NCBI GenBank assembly: GCA_951406725.2
Contig: OX597832.1
Span: forward strand, 67,270,001 to 67,334,000
Length of the DNA stretch: 64,000 nucleotides
From: Octopus vulgaris
Lineage: Eukaryota
Direction: 5' to 3'
The position numbers and the translations under genes are program-made. Of this stretch, positions 41,201 to 53,708 are shown piece by piece. Every line of letters begins with the position of its first letter. Position 1 is the stretch's first letter. The notes beneath the pieces are model-generated. The model worked only from the letters and a program-made list of their open reading frames with translations, was not told the origin of the DNA and made no database searches.

Positions 41201-42411
41201 TTGAAAACCTTCATAACTGACAAACAAGGAAGAAATTCGGTAAGCATGGCTGGAACATCTGTTAGTCTACGTATACTAAACCTGAGACAAGTCAATAATT
41301 AACATCCTTTAGAGTATATATTCATTTTCATACCAAAAGCATTTATGATTTACCTATCGAAAAGAAATATGTCACAAACAGAAAATTTGCATTTTAAAAG
41401 CGATAAAATATAGAGGTATGATACGTCATTTGCAGTAAAGAAATTCTTGGAATACACAGCTCTTTTATATCTAACATGATTCAAAAGAACACCACGAGTC
41501 GGTCGCATGATATCAAGGAAATTGCTGCCATTTTTCCCTTACGGAACAACCAGTCGTCAGATATAAGTTTCGGTATGGGTACCCTGATTGACATAGCTAT
41601 GAATATTTTGGTATTCACCCAACAAAATTAAGATGAAGTTGGTCGAATACTCAATACATACACATACATACACACAGATACAACACACAGACAAATATAT
41701 GTATGTATATATATTTTAATGCAAGTGTATGCGTGTGTGAGTGCTTATATATATTTTTATAAATATCTCTCTCTTTTTCTCTTCCTCTCTGTTTCTCTCT
41801 GTAACAGTGCGTGTGTGTGTGTATTTGCATGTATGTGCATCTGTGTTCATACGCATAAATTAATTCACTAAATAGCATTACTTCATTCTAATTGGCTTAT
41901 ATCTGAAGACACCACTCATAATGTTTATCCTACATATGAACTACAATTGTAAACGTCTTATATGACTTCATCTATATAGTTTGTGTGTAATAAGAGATTT
42001 CTTAATCTGCATTATAGAATCGTGGCAGATTTTACTGTTAGTATTTTGATCCAATCATGCCTTCAATATTTGTCAGTCGCTATAAAGGGAAACAATGTAT
42101 TTTGTAGTAACACTAAGTAGCATTGATAACAAATACTTTTGTGAATCATATCTAGTTTAATATTAATTCATGAAATCAACTTGTGCAAAGTTTATTTCTT
42201 CTTCCTAAAATCAGCGATCATCAAGAATCAATTTTAATACTTTGCAAATTATAATAATTGAATTTTATCTCGAAAATTATATATCCCACGTATTATGAAG
42301 TTGACAGTATTCATGATAGTACTAATACGTTGTAGATATGTGTGTATGCATGTATATGTATACAAATATGTGTATGTATGCATGTATATGTATATAAATG
42401 TGCATTTATAT

Positions 42412-42460
<49 letters not shown>

Positions 42461-42655
42461 ATCAATCAAAAGAGAACACACAGAAAAAGAAAATAACAAA
42501 CACACGTGTAAACGTGATACAGGCAATGTATTAATAAGACGCTCTGAGAGGGGCGCAGAAGTTTTACATTTCAAGCAAAAGGTACTCTTCGAAAACAGGA
42601 AGAATGAGGAAAATCCAAGAGGAAGGAGGAAAAAATCGTATGTATATATGTATTG

Positions 42656-43214
42656 CATTTCTAAATCTCTGGGAGAAAATGAGAGCGAGAGAGAGATAGA
42701 GAGAGGGATATGCCGTAGCAGCATGATAAAGTGATTGCTTGTTGCCAATTTAATGTGGCAGTCCCAAGAAGTGGAAGAATGCTACTGCTATTTAGCTCCA
42801 AGAAACACCGTTTCTCGTTGGCTATGCGACACAAGCGTCCTGTATACTTAAAATTTCAAACAGGTGAGATAAGCGCCACCAACCAACAAAGCCTGCAACC
42901 ACTGTCTAGTTTCAGAGTAACTGCTCTTCATCAGTCTGCAGTAGTTTGGCCTTGCCAGATATTGCTGCTAAACCACTATTGAAAACTTATAGAATTTCAA
43001 GTGAAATAAATTCACTGATCTACAAAATTAAAAAATATTCCATTTCTAAATGTCTCAGAGGGAGTTAGGCAGTAGCAGCACAATAAAGTGATGGCTTGTT
43101 GCCAGCTCAATGTGGCAGTCCCAGGAAAGAAAAGAATGCTACTGCTATTTAGCCCCAAGAGACACCGTTTATAGTTGGCTAGGCGACATAAGCGTTCTGT
43201 ATACTTAAAGTTTC
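42656..43214 (-). repeat. ~357-bp-period tandem unit (about 1.5 copies) with a hammerhead-like core
   Basis: 42715-42857 repeats at 43072-43214; minus strand 42894-42941 reads CTGATGA-AGAG-cagtta-CTCT-GAAA-CTAG. Confidence 0.75.
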
Positions 43215-44358
43215 TAGATCAAGCCGCCCCCCGCGCTTTCATTCTCACATCTATTGAGGATTTTTACATATTTTCCTCCCGTTAAATACATTTTATTGAA
43301 TGAAGATGCCGAAATAGCACACGCGTGGTCTATTGCTGGAAGAAAAACAACAAACGAAATTGTAATCTAAACTTTTACCCCCACCTCAATCTCATTTTGA
43401 CATAAACGAAATTTAAATGTTGAAGTGAAACAGTTTTTGTCTGTTCTTGAATGGCTTACAAACATCTTCCACGCAAGAACTGTTCTTGTTTCAGCACACG
43501 ATCTCAGATCAAATCACTTACTATACAAGTACATCTCCGTAATTTTTTTAAAATTACCTATGGATGAATGCCAGCAATGACCTTCTCAGACTTCAATATT
43601 TTAATTTCTAAGCAGAAACAATAGGAGGGGGGGCAGGGAGTGGGGTTGCAAAAAATTCACAATTTCTCAAATTTTCCCTTTTATAGTTTATAAATATATT
43701 TATAGCGGAAAATATTGAAAACATCAATACATGCGAGAGTGATAAATAAAGGAGCGGGGTTGACTTTGAATGTGCTAGAAACAACAGCCAAATCACTCAC
43801 TTTTTTCACTCACTTATTCCTGTGAAAATATAAACATTTATTACTTTTTTCATGGTTTTAACGTTAATATACTTGTTGTTTTGAAGTGCAAAAAAAAATT
43901 GCCAAAATAGGTACGGAGTAGGATGATGAAGACGGGTGGTTCTATAAAAACAGTTTTCAAAATTATTCTCATACAATGATACCTCCCCTCAGCCACATTT
44001 CGAATGCTGAGATCTAAATTTTAAAAATTGGGGGAAATCCCCGAATACATTTTCCCCAGATTTCTTTCTAATCGTAATCTATGCCGTCTGAAAGGGATTA
44101 GTATAAATTTTCATCAAAAGATACTCATTTTCTTGAAAGTAATGAGGGGAAAATGTCAGATCATGTGAATTTCCCAAAACTCCTCTCTCACTCCTCGGAA
44201 AATTTCTTTTCCACAAATCCCTGTGTGCTCTGAAGCCACAGCAACTCAGTGGTATTTGTAGAAAAATTTCGTTAAAAAGTATCCATTTTTCTGGATGTTA
44301 TGAGGCAACAGAACAGGGAGCGTATAAATCTGTTGTAATGTTCTTTTATTTATACGAT
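43214..44358 (+). mobile_element. Possible non-autonomous Helitron/Helentron-like element
   Basis: Begins CTAGATCAAGCCGCCCCC-CGCGCTTTC, carries repeated AAATTTTCATCAAAA-like motifs (44106, 44264) and ends CTTTTATTTATACGAT; motif-level resemblance only. Confidence 0.35.
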
Positions 44359-44723
44359 TTTTTCAGTTGATGTTTATTTCATTCATTGTTTGAAATGTTC
44401 CCTTTTCCCGCTTTCTCTCTCACACACACCGCAAAGCTTGCAAATGGGCTGCTGAATTGTAATCTCTAAGTTGCTTTGAGTGGAAGATAAAATTTGATGA
44501 ATTGCTTCTCTCTCTGTTGTTGTACTACCATGATGTTTGTTTAAAAGAGAGAAATTATGACTGTGACAAAATAATGAAAGCGATATTTACTAAGCAAGTG
44601 AGCCCTATTATACAAAGAAATAATTAGACGTAAAATATAAAGATAATTAGAATTGGGAATCAAATGGGAAAATATTATCAAGGAGTCAGCAGAAAACCGC
44701 CCGGAGGTCAGTCTTTCAGCTGG

Positions 44724-44760
<37 letters not shown>

Positions 44761-44762
44761 AT

Positions 44763-45140
44763 AGGCGCAGGAGTAGCTGTGTGGTAAGTAGCTTCCTTAC
44801 CAACCACATGGTTCCAGGGTCGATACCACTGCGTGGCAACTTGGACAACTGTCTTCTACTGTAGCCTCGGGCTGACCAAACCCTTGTGGATCTGGCAGAC
44901 GAAAGCTAAGAGAAGCCCATCGTATATATGTGTGTGTGTGTGTGTGTCTGTGTTTGTTACCCCAAAATCGCATGACAACAGATGGGGGTGTGTTTACGTC
45001 CCCTTAACTTAGCGGTTCGACAACAGAGACCGATAGAATAAGTACCAGTCTTACAAAGAATAGTCCTGGGCTCGATGTGCTCGACTGAAGGTGGTGCTCC
45101 AGCATGGCCGCAATCAAATGACTGAAACAGATAAATGAAT
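44763..45140 (+). mobile_element. SINE family A, full length (empty target site)
   Basis: Continuous head-body-TG tract-tail with no insertion after gtagcttccttacc. Confidence 0.88.
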
Positions 45141-45197
45141 AAATGAATGAAAGCGTATGTACATGTGCATGTGTCTACATACAAACACAAACACACA

Positions 45198-45243
<46 letters not shown>

Positions 45244-46275
45244 CATATATATATCCACACACGTATGTATATCTGTATCTATGTATATATATATATCTAT
45301 TTAAGTATATATAGAAATATCTAGCAAGCAATAAATTACATATACAACAAAGCGCGTTGCAAGCATTGCTGGCTTTATATTGGGGATTATTGTTGTAAAT
45401 ATCTGGTGAGATAGAATATAAAACCAACTTCAAGAAAAGGCATAGAGGTCTGGTTGTGATGCTTTAAGTATTGAATGAACAGTTTTTAGGCAATAAGCAT
45501 ATGTCACATGCATCCAGTTATCTTCTTCACGTTTTGACTCCCAATTCTTTTTGTGTCCACTGACAATTCCTATTTTTGAATTTGGACTGTATCTATTACC
45601 ACAATACACATTCGTCCTCTTGCACATACTGATATACACACATAATGTTGCATATACACACTGAATCTCTATAACACATGTTACGATGCACACGAATACA
45701 GAAGCATGCCTTGTTGGATAAAAATCACGTACGCTCACCTTCTAGACCGTATATTCTTACCCAAATGCACACATTTATATACGTACGTATGCTTATCTGT
45801 ACACACATGCGGTGTTATCTCCTCATATAAACACTCGTGCACATTACGTATATACATTCAATCATCTACACATATTGATAACTCCATATATTATTCCATA
45901 TAATACCTTAAAGAATATAGAAATGTCAACATACTTAATAAAAACCTATAACTCATGCCAGCTTTTGGTACATCATCTCGCTTCTAAGGCACGAGTGCCT
46001 GATGATACGAAACGGCCATAGTGGCTGTGAATAAGGAGTTTTGTAAAGTCTGTTTCTTTTTTTTTTATTTTTCGCATCGTTTGATATATAAACTCTACTG
46101 ATAGAAAAGAATTCCTAAAGTAAGTCTTATGGGATATACCTCCATACTGTCGTTGATATCAGATAACCGAATACTGTGGACAGGCATTAAACAGCATACA
46201 ACAAAGTGTCTATCCCAATATAAAATTATATATATATAGGCGCAGAAGTGGCTGTGTGGTAAGAAGCTTGGTTCC

Positions 46276-48287
46276 GGTTCCGGTCGTTAGTTGTTCTCTG
46301 TGCCGTTGAAGTCGTCACGCTGGTGTGCAGCTGGCGAAAATTGAATTACTAAGACGCTCTACAGTATGGTAAGACTTTTTGCTTTCTGAGTCCAGTGGGA
46401 TTTGTTTATTTTATTTTATTTGATCTAGTTTCAGCTCACGAGCTGTGGCCATGCTGTTGCTTGTAGTTTTATTTTTTGTACTAGCAAGGAGTCCTTACTG
46501 GATTCAGAGCTTTTTGTCTGCCTTGCGGTGGAGACGTGTGTGTTTTATCACATAATTGTGAGAAATTGCTTTTTGAAAATTTCTGTGGATTATACAAAGG
46601 CCAGGAGTACCTTTCGGCCGAAGAAAATAGAAAATTATTGAAATTTTTATTCTTTGTGGATATACAAAGGCCAGTTGTACCTTTTGGCCGAAAATTGTTT
46701 TCTTTGCTATCATTTGAACTCTTGTTCGTGTCTATCATTTGGTTTGGAACAAAAACTTTATTAAACTGTTATTTTATTTGTTTCTTCCCTTCTGTTGTGT
46801 CTTCTTTCTATTTTTGTGTCTTTCTTTATTTTTAAATCTATTGTGAACTTTGTTTGAACTTTTTACACATGCCAAGGAAGAATGAAGCCACTGCCGTGGA
46901 GTGGGAGGTTGTCCTGCCCAAACAGTGGATTAAAGATCTTGAGACGAGGACGGTGGTACTACGGACCTATTCTAGGTCGCGTGGTGCCATCGCCCTCTTC
47001 GACGAGAGCGTAATTGAGAGAGAGTTGGCAGACTACCTTCCAACTATGAAATTTATTTCACGGGGGGATCAAATTTGCAACGGTGTGGTTGCTGTTTGGT
47101 ACCCCGAGGAAGCTGGCAGATTTGCCAGCGAACCCCTTGAGGGAGATGAAATTTTGTTCCTCTCCACTTATTGTGGAAGGAAGATAAGAAGAGCCTGGAT
47201 ATGCGGGTTGCCGCCGGGCATGGAGGCGAGATGGATCGAGGAGACCATCCGGCGAGGCCTGGGGGATAGCGGGTCCAGGCTATTGAGTGTAAAGATTACT
47301 CTCGCGGTCGACTGGGAGGGGTTAAAGGCAACTTTGACCCTGTGGACCCAGTGGCCGTGAGAGACATGATATTTCCGGATTTCTTAAAAATGGCCGGGTA
47401 CAGGTACCCGGTGATACTCGACGGACGCCCCCTCCCAATTTTCACCTGTGCCTGGAGCCTGGCCATATCAAAAGAAACTGTCCAGGGGACCGTGGTGGGG
47501 CCCTGGAGCATGAGAAAGAGAAGGTTCCCGCCGCCCCCTCATCGGAGGGGGAGACGGTGGCGGTTGCCTCCACGAAAAGAAAAAGAAAGGTGCGTAACAA
47601 TGGTTGCTCACCAAAGAATGTTCAGGCGGCGGAGGAGGGTAGCGACCTCCCACGTCTGTCGACGCAGCCCCCTGCTCCCGCAGCCTCAAAAAGAAAGAGG
47701 AAAAGGAGGAGCAGAGGACGGTCGGCGGATGTCCTGGGCCGCCGACGGAGCCGCAGGTGGGATGCCGCAGGTGAGAGGGCTCCGTCAGTGGGAAATGTGC
47801 TACTGACGGAGCAGTGTGAGGTCCCTTCCTGTGAAGAGGAGGTGTTTCTCCTCCTTTACCACGAGGGAGGGACGGTGAGTAAATTTTTGGACGGCTTGGG
47901 TGACCGAGAACGTGTGTACTCGGTCTGCCCAAGTAGTCCGATATGGCCTCCGTAGATGGCTGCGGAGGTAGTAACGGAAAGAACTTTGTCAAAGATCACA
48001 GCGACCTTTGACAAGGTAGAATTTGCTTTCCTCTTTGCAGGCCCCGACTTGCCGATGCAGAGTTGTCTGCAGGCGGCAAGTCATATTGCTTGTGGGACCT
48101 GACAAATAGAATTGTTGTAAAAAACTTTGTATTGTTGTAAGTAACATTGTATTCGACGGTTTGTCGGTCGGTGGGCGCCGACATCCCTCCCATCTTCATC
48201 ATGTCGTTTCATTTCATCTCATCTTGTCCATGTCAAGCCCACAAGCTTCTATCTATGTACTGGCCTTGTGGAAAATTATATGAAATA
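46276..48287 (+). mobile_element. ORF1-only non-autonomous non-LTR element, copy 2
   Basis: 15-bp TSD with one mismatch (46261-46275 / 48288-48302). Frameshifted ORF ~46869-48100 (ETRTVVLRTYS, YLPTMKFIS, RRAWICGLPP, WIEETIRRGLG; knuckle FHLCLEPGHIKRNC at 47440-47481). 3' end is AATAAA. Confidence 0.82.
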
Positions 48288-48457
48288 AAGAAGCTTGCTT
48301 CCAAGTCACATGGTTCCTCTTTCAGTTGTACTGCGTGGCACCTTGGCAAGTGACGTCTGCTATAGCCTCGGGTCGATCAAAGCCTTTAGAGTGGATTTGG
48401 TGAACGGAATCTGAAAGAAGCCCGTCATATATATATTTATACACACACACACACGCA

Positions 48458-48524
<67 letters not shown>

Positions 48525-48685
48525 TTCAATAAACCGTTACCAGGGTAGCAAAATTCACGTCAGAAACACGGTTGAAGCGACCTATCCAAAGGTAGAAACT
48601 CCGGGTTAATGTGCAGTAATTTGTGTGTTATAAATGAATAAATAAATAAACTGAGTTCAACGAAGATGTTAATAAAATTCTTTTC

Positions 48686-48767
48686 CTTTCGACATATGTT
48701 TCGAAGACAACATGGTTTTATTCCGAAGGAATAAACGGTGTAAAATTCAATCTTCTCATCAGGAAAG
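48686..48767 (-). ncRNA. Type I hammerhead ribozyme motif (minimal, PLE-type)
   Basis: CTTTC-CTGATGA-GAAGA...TCTTC-GAAA-CATATG-TC-GAAAG: stem I CTTTC/GAAAG, intact core, stem II GAAGA/TCTTC, palindromic ACATATGT stem III, GUC site. Confidence 0.8.
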
Positions 48768-48780
48768 ATGTAGTTGATAT

Positions 48781-48862
48781 CTTTCCTGATGAGAAGATTG
48801 CATTTTACACCGTTTATTCCTTCGGAATAAAACCATGTTGTCTGCGAAACATATGTCGAAAG
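48781..48862 (+). ncRNA. Type I hammerhead ribozyme motif (inverted twin)
   Basis: Same motif on the plus strand, with one stem II mismatch (TCTGC). Confidence 0.75.
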
Positions 48863-49009
48863 TAAAAGAATTTTATTAACTTCTTCTTTCAACTCCAGTT
48901 ATTTATTTATTAATTTATATATATATATATATATATATATAACTAATGTAGGATAAACATTTTTTCGGGAAAAAAATTTCATCAATCGCCAGCATATCAA
49001 AATAATAAA

Positions 49010-49101
49010 TAATTTACAAGATAAGGGCAAAAGAAAACTTCTAATGCCAAATATTGTTTCGGCATATTTGGCATTAGAATTTTTCTTTTGCCCTTATTTT
49101 G

Positions 49102-49107
<6 letters not shown>
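49010..49107. repeat. Inverted repeat with ~44-bp arms
   Basis: ttacaagataagggcaaaagaaaacttctaatgccaaatat pairs with atatttggcattagaatttttcttttgcccttattttgtaa; 9-nt loop. Confidence 0.9.
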
Positions 49108-49171
<64 letters not shown>

Positions 49172-50850
49172 TATTCATTTGTGTATCTCTTTGTCCCCCA
49201 CCAGCATCACTTGACAACGTATACTGGTGTGTTTACGTCCCCGTAACTTAGCGTTAGACAACATTGACAGATAGTATAAGTACTAGGCTTGCAAAATGTA
49301 AGTCTTGGGGTGGATTTGCTCGACTAAAGATAGTGCTCCAGCATGGCTGCAGTCAAATGACTGAAACAATTAAAAAGGATAAAAAGGAATACATTTATTT
49401 ACATACACACACAAATAGGCCCCACGTACACGTATAATCTTGTAATCGAAACATTTATAGAATTGCGCGGTTATAAGTGAGGATTAAAGACGGCCATATT
49501 CAATTACGATGAAGTCGATGGTTACTTTCCGTTTTCATTCATATTCTATAGTAAATAGGTTCTACATACTTCTTCGTGGTCGCGGGTCGAAGAGAAACAG
49601 AGAGTCAACGAGTCGTTACTTTCCTTCAAGACATTACCGTCTCCTTCAATTACTAAACAACTTGCCGATAAATATATATCTTAAATTATGTTTGGTGGAA
49701 TTTTGCTAAGCTTATCTCATAAGAACATCAATATATTTCATCAAGACCGTGTTTAAAATATGTATAAATGACACGTGTTATACAATATGTCACGGTGGTC
49801 TTACATAGAGCGCCGACGTTCATGAATATGAAATACAGCCAGAAAATAAACTAAAGAATCAATTGCTATAAAGATTTCACCGAATTGCATAATATAATGC
49901 TTAAAAATCAATTGTTTTCAATTAAATTAAAATCATCTCATTAATTATCAGATTAGCAATATCAAATAGTCTAATCCGATTTATTGAACAGCCGTATTTG
50001 TTGTCCGATAGATAGCAATAAGTAGCTTTATCAATGTTCAGTGTTCATTATCGGATTTTCAGATGAACCATGAATGTGTGGGTAGAATACACAGTAGCAA
50101 CAGTTTAAAGTAGGCCCGATTAAAAAAAAATCGTTGACAATTATACGTTGAGATATTTCGTGTCTTTACGTACCAACATTAGATCCAGAAAACCAAAAGT
50201 TTTGTATTTCAAGTGGGAGGAATGAAGAGAGAACTCTCACAGACAAAATGTTGCTGACTTAATCGATAACTTAAGTATCACAGACAAAATATTGTCAACT
50301 TAATCGATAACATATCAATCAAATATGAAGTGATGTTTTTCATTAGATTATTTGCTTATACATTGTGGTGTCGTGGTCCTGGCAGAAATCAATATACAAT
50401 CACCTATCCTTATTTGCATCTCATTGCGCATTACATGCCCAGAATTGTTACCAAAGAATAGATTATCCTATATAGCACTTCATAACGTGATTAGACTTTT
50501 AATTAATTGGAAGAGCTATAAAGCAACTTATTATTCTATATATATATATATTGATTGTTTGATTGATTGATTGTGTTGCCTCTTTTGCCTTTAATTTTGT
50601 TATTGTTCAAGCTCTTCACGAATCAGTTATAATCTCGGTTAATTAACGTTATCACATTGACCAGATTTGAATTTTTGATTTCGACGTTAATGACGGTGAA
50701 TTTAACTATGGCGAGGAAATAGCAGAATCGTTAGGGCACCAGACAAAATATTTTGCGTCTATTAACGACGACGTTTTGTGGTTTAATTTCATATATATGA
50801 GATATCAGCTTTGCATATTAGTCTCACGATCTCGATAACAAATGTAACCT

Positions 50851-52438
50851 TATTTATAATCCACTACATATTGTTTCTCTCATTCCTTTTTCTATGTTTT
50901 ATTATTTCACCGTTATGTTTATTCCTCTCAATCTTTTCTGTCGAATAGCGAAGGACTGAAACTCCAAATATTTTTTTTCCATTTTTGCCGAATGTAAAAT
51001 AAATACACCTGCACGTTGATTGATGCTTCACATTTCTTCGTCTTTTATTTTCTGTAAACAACTTAGATCAATTGTATCGACTCTATACTTCTATTAAATA
51101 AAATACCTTTTTTTTATTATGCAAGCTCTTATTACTCTTATAAACAAATATTAGAAGAGTGATTGAAAATATCAGCATTGGATTGGCAGAATGAATAGAC
51201 CGTCGGACAAAATGGTGACGATGTCAAGTTACAGAGGTTTTGATCTCAAATACGAACAAATGTAACCTTAGCTGTGTCATTTTGAAGGCTATGAAATCAA
51301 ATATTTAAGTACTCTGGTCGGTCAAAATCACCGTAGACTTCAGATAATGACCAATATTTATAGTCATTACATATTTTCTCTTTCTTCGAGTAAATTTGAC
51401 TTACACATGTTTCCGAAGTTATCATATGTTCGTTACCGATAGGTTTCTCTATTGGACTTTTGATCAGTTGAGAAAAGTCGAACGACCTGCGACATTAATG
51501 CTACTTGCGTCAGATCCATTTCTGTTTATAACAAAGCAGAAAATTGAAGGAATGATGCAGTTGACTTCAAATAATTCAGCTTCACTTCATTTTATTTCAG
51601 CCTCACATCTCTCCATCTATCTTTATTTCATATCTTAGCTGACCAAAATTTTCTCAACCTCTCCATCATTATATGTTTAGTGCTGATATTTCATTCATTT
51701 TCTTATAAAATGCTCTCACAATGCATAATAGTACAAATGGATAAGCTTTAAAGACTTATGGTGATCACGTGTGTAAACAGCCCACATTAAATTTCAATAC
51801 ATTTGGAAACTATCTAACTTAACAACTATGCAAATATGTCCACATGAGATGACACCATTACAAACACTCATGTTTTATAACTGCCCTTTTCCCCCTCCTC
51901 CTCCTTCTTCTATCGAGTGCCTCCTCGTTCTTTTTTTCCCTTCCTCTCTTAGTCTTTCCCTCCCAAATCATCACTTGTCGTCCCATTTCATCTTTATCTC
52001 TCTTCCACTTACCTCTTTTTTTTCCCACCTCTTCCATGCATATGCTATTCCTGCTTTGTTATAACCAGAAATGGTTCTGACGTAAGTAGCATTTAACTTT
52101 TAGGTCGTTTGACTTTCTCAACTGATCAATAAATCAATCGAGAAACCTATCAGTAACGCAACTACAATAACGACTGGAAACAGCTATAAGTCCAATTTAT
52201 TCAATAGATGCAATGACCATTATTTATACCTTGTCTTATATACCATTCTATGTAAAAGCAAGTTTGACTGGAGCCCAACCACGGATTTACAATATAGAAT
52301 GCTAATGAACTCTAGCCTCGAACCCTACCATAAGAACACTTGGAGTTCTTCACTAATCTAAACAATTATTCTAAGCCTAATGTGCCAAGCAAGAGCTTAT
52401 GAAGTATTTTCCCGGATTGATGATGCTTCACTAATAGC

Positions 52439-52500
<62 letters not shown>

Positions 52501-52700
52501 ATCCACTACATATTGTTTCTCTCATTCCTTTTTCTATGTTTTATTATTTCACCGTTATGTTTATTCCTCTCAATCTTTTCTGTCGAATAGCGAAGGACTG
52601 AAACTCCAAAGATTTTTTTTCCATTTTTGCCGAATGTGAAATAAATACACCTGCACGTTGATTGATGCTTCACATTTCTTCGTCTTTTATTTTCTGTAAA
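50851..52700. repeat. Near-identical 208-bp dispersed direct duplication (50851-51058 and 52493-52700)
   Basis: Only a few differences visible by eye. Confidence 0.93.
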
Positions 52701-52704
52701 TTTG

Positions 52705-52748
<44 letters not shown>

Positions 52749-53662
52749 ATGTGTGTGTGTGTGTGTGTGTGTTTGTATATATATATATATATATATTGAT
52801 AAATATACATATATATATATATATATACAAATATATAAATATGCATATATATGTATATATATTTAATGATAGATGTAAATATGTATACATATATATATAT
52901 ACGCCTACACATAAACACATATACACACATATGTATACGTTTGTATGGAAGTGTATGTGTCTATACCCTGATCATTCTCACAACCGGAGTTGGTTTGTTT
53001 ATGATTTTTATTTGACAGACAGCGTCATCAAAGTTGTCTCCACTCTTTACTGGTGACCATATATTGCAGATTGAAAGATATTAAAACACATGCATACACT
53101 GGTTGTTTTCGTGTGGAAATCGCTTAATTATTGTTCTGCTTTATCAAGGCTCTTTGGGAGTCGACAAAGAATACCAGGATCAGCAAAAGATTGCAACTAC
53201 AACAAAAACAAATGCAATTCACATTTTCGCTCGAATTGAAGGAAAGTTCCAGAAAACCAGATTCACGCCAATATAGAACGAGATAGCAGTTAATCATCTC
53301 GTATCAATGGCATTAGATGACATTGCCCATCACGAGAACTAGTTGAGAATATCTGATACACATAGAATTTTAGGAAATTATGTTTGCTCATATGAATTAT
53401 GCAATCAGGAAATGCGTATAAGATATCCATTCTGCATACTTGTCTTCATCTTATGCGCGTGCCTATTGAAATAGTACAGCATCCTTCGTCATTTTGCATC
53501 AACTTTGCCTTTACATGTTCTTCTGAGAAGTGTTTAAACAATATCACGTGAAGATATTCGAAACGCATCTCTTATGCTTCCTCTTTGTCATCCTCACCCG
53601 CTTTTTCTCTATATATGTGTGTGTGTGTGTATCTGTGTATGAGTGTACACACACACACACAC

Positions 53663-53708
<46 letters not shown>

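Larger units (their letters stand above)
46238..49385 (+). mobile_element. SINE family A copy split by nested insertions
   Basis: Head 46238-46275, body 48288-48426, and 3' half ~49180-49385 (tttgtcccc..gtgtttacgtccccgtaacttagcg..cagcatggctgcagtcaaatgactgaaac). Confidence 0.85.

Noticed and set aside
50239-50311. ~40-bp tandem duplication (CACAGACAAAAT..ACTTAATCGATAAC x2)
   Set aside because: Ordinary short local duplication with no further structure.
50837-51270. 16-bp direct repeat AACAAATGTAACCTTA as a TSD
   Set aside because: Both copies fall within decayed SINE-B-like sequence and the enclosed segment is not a coherent element; unresolved, probably coincidental.
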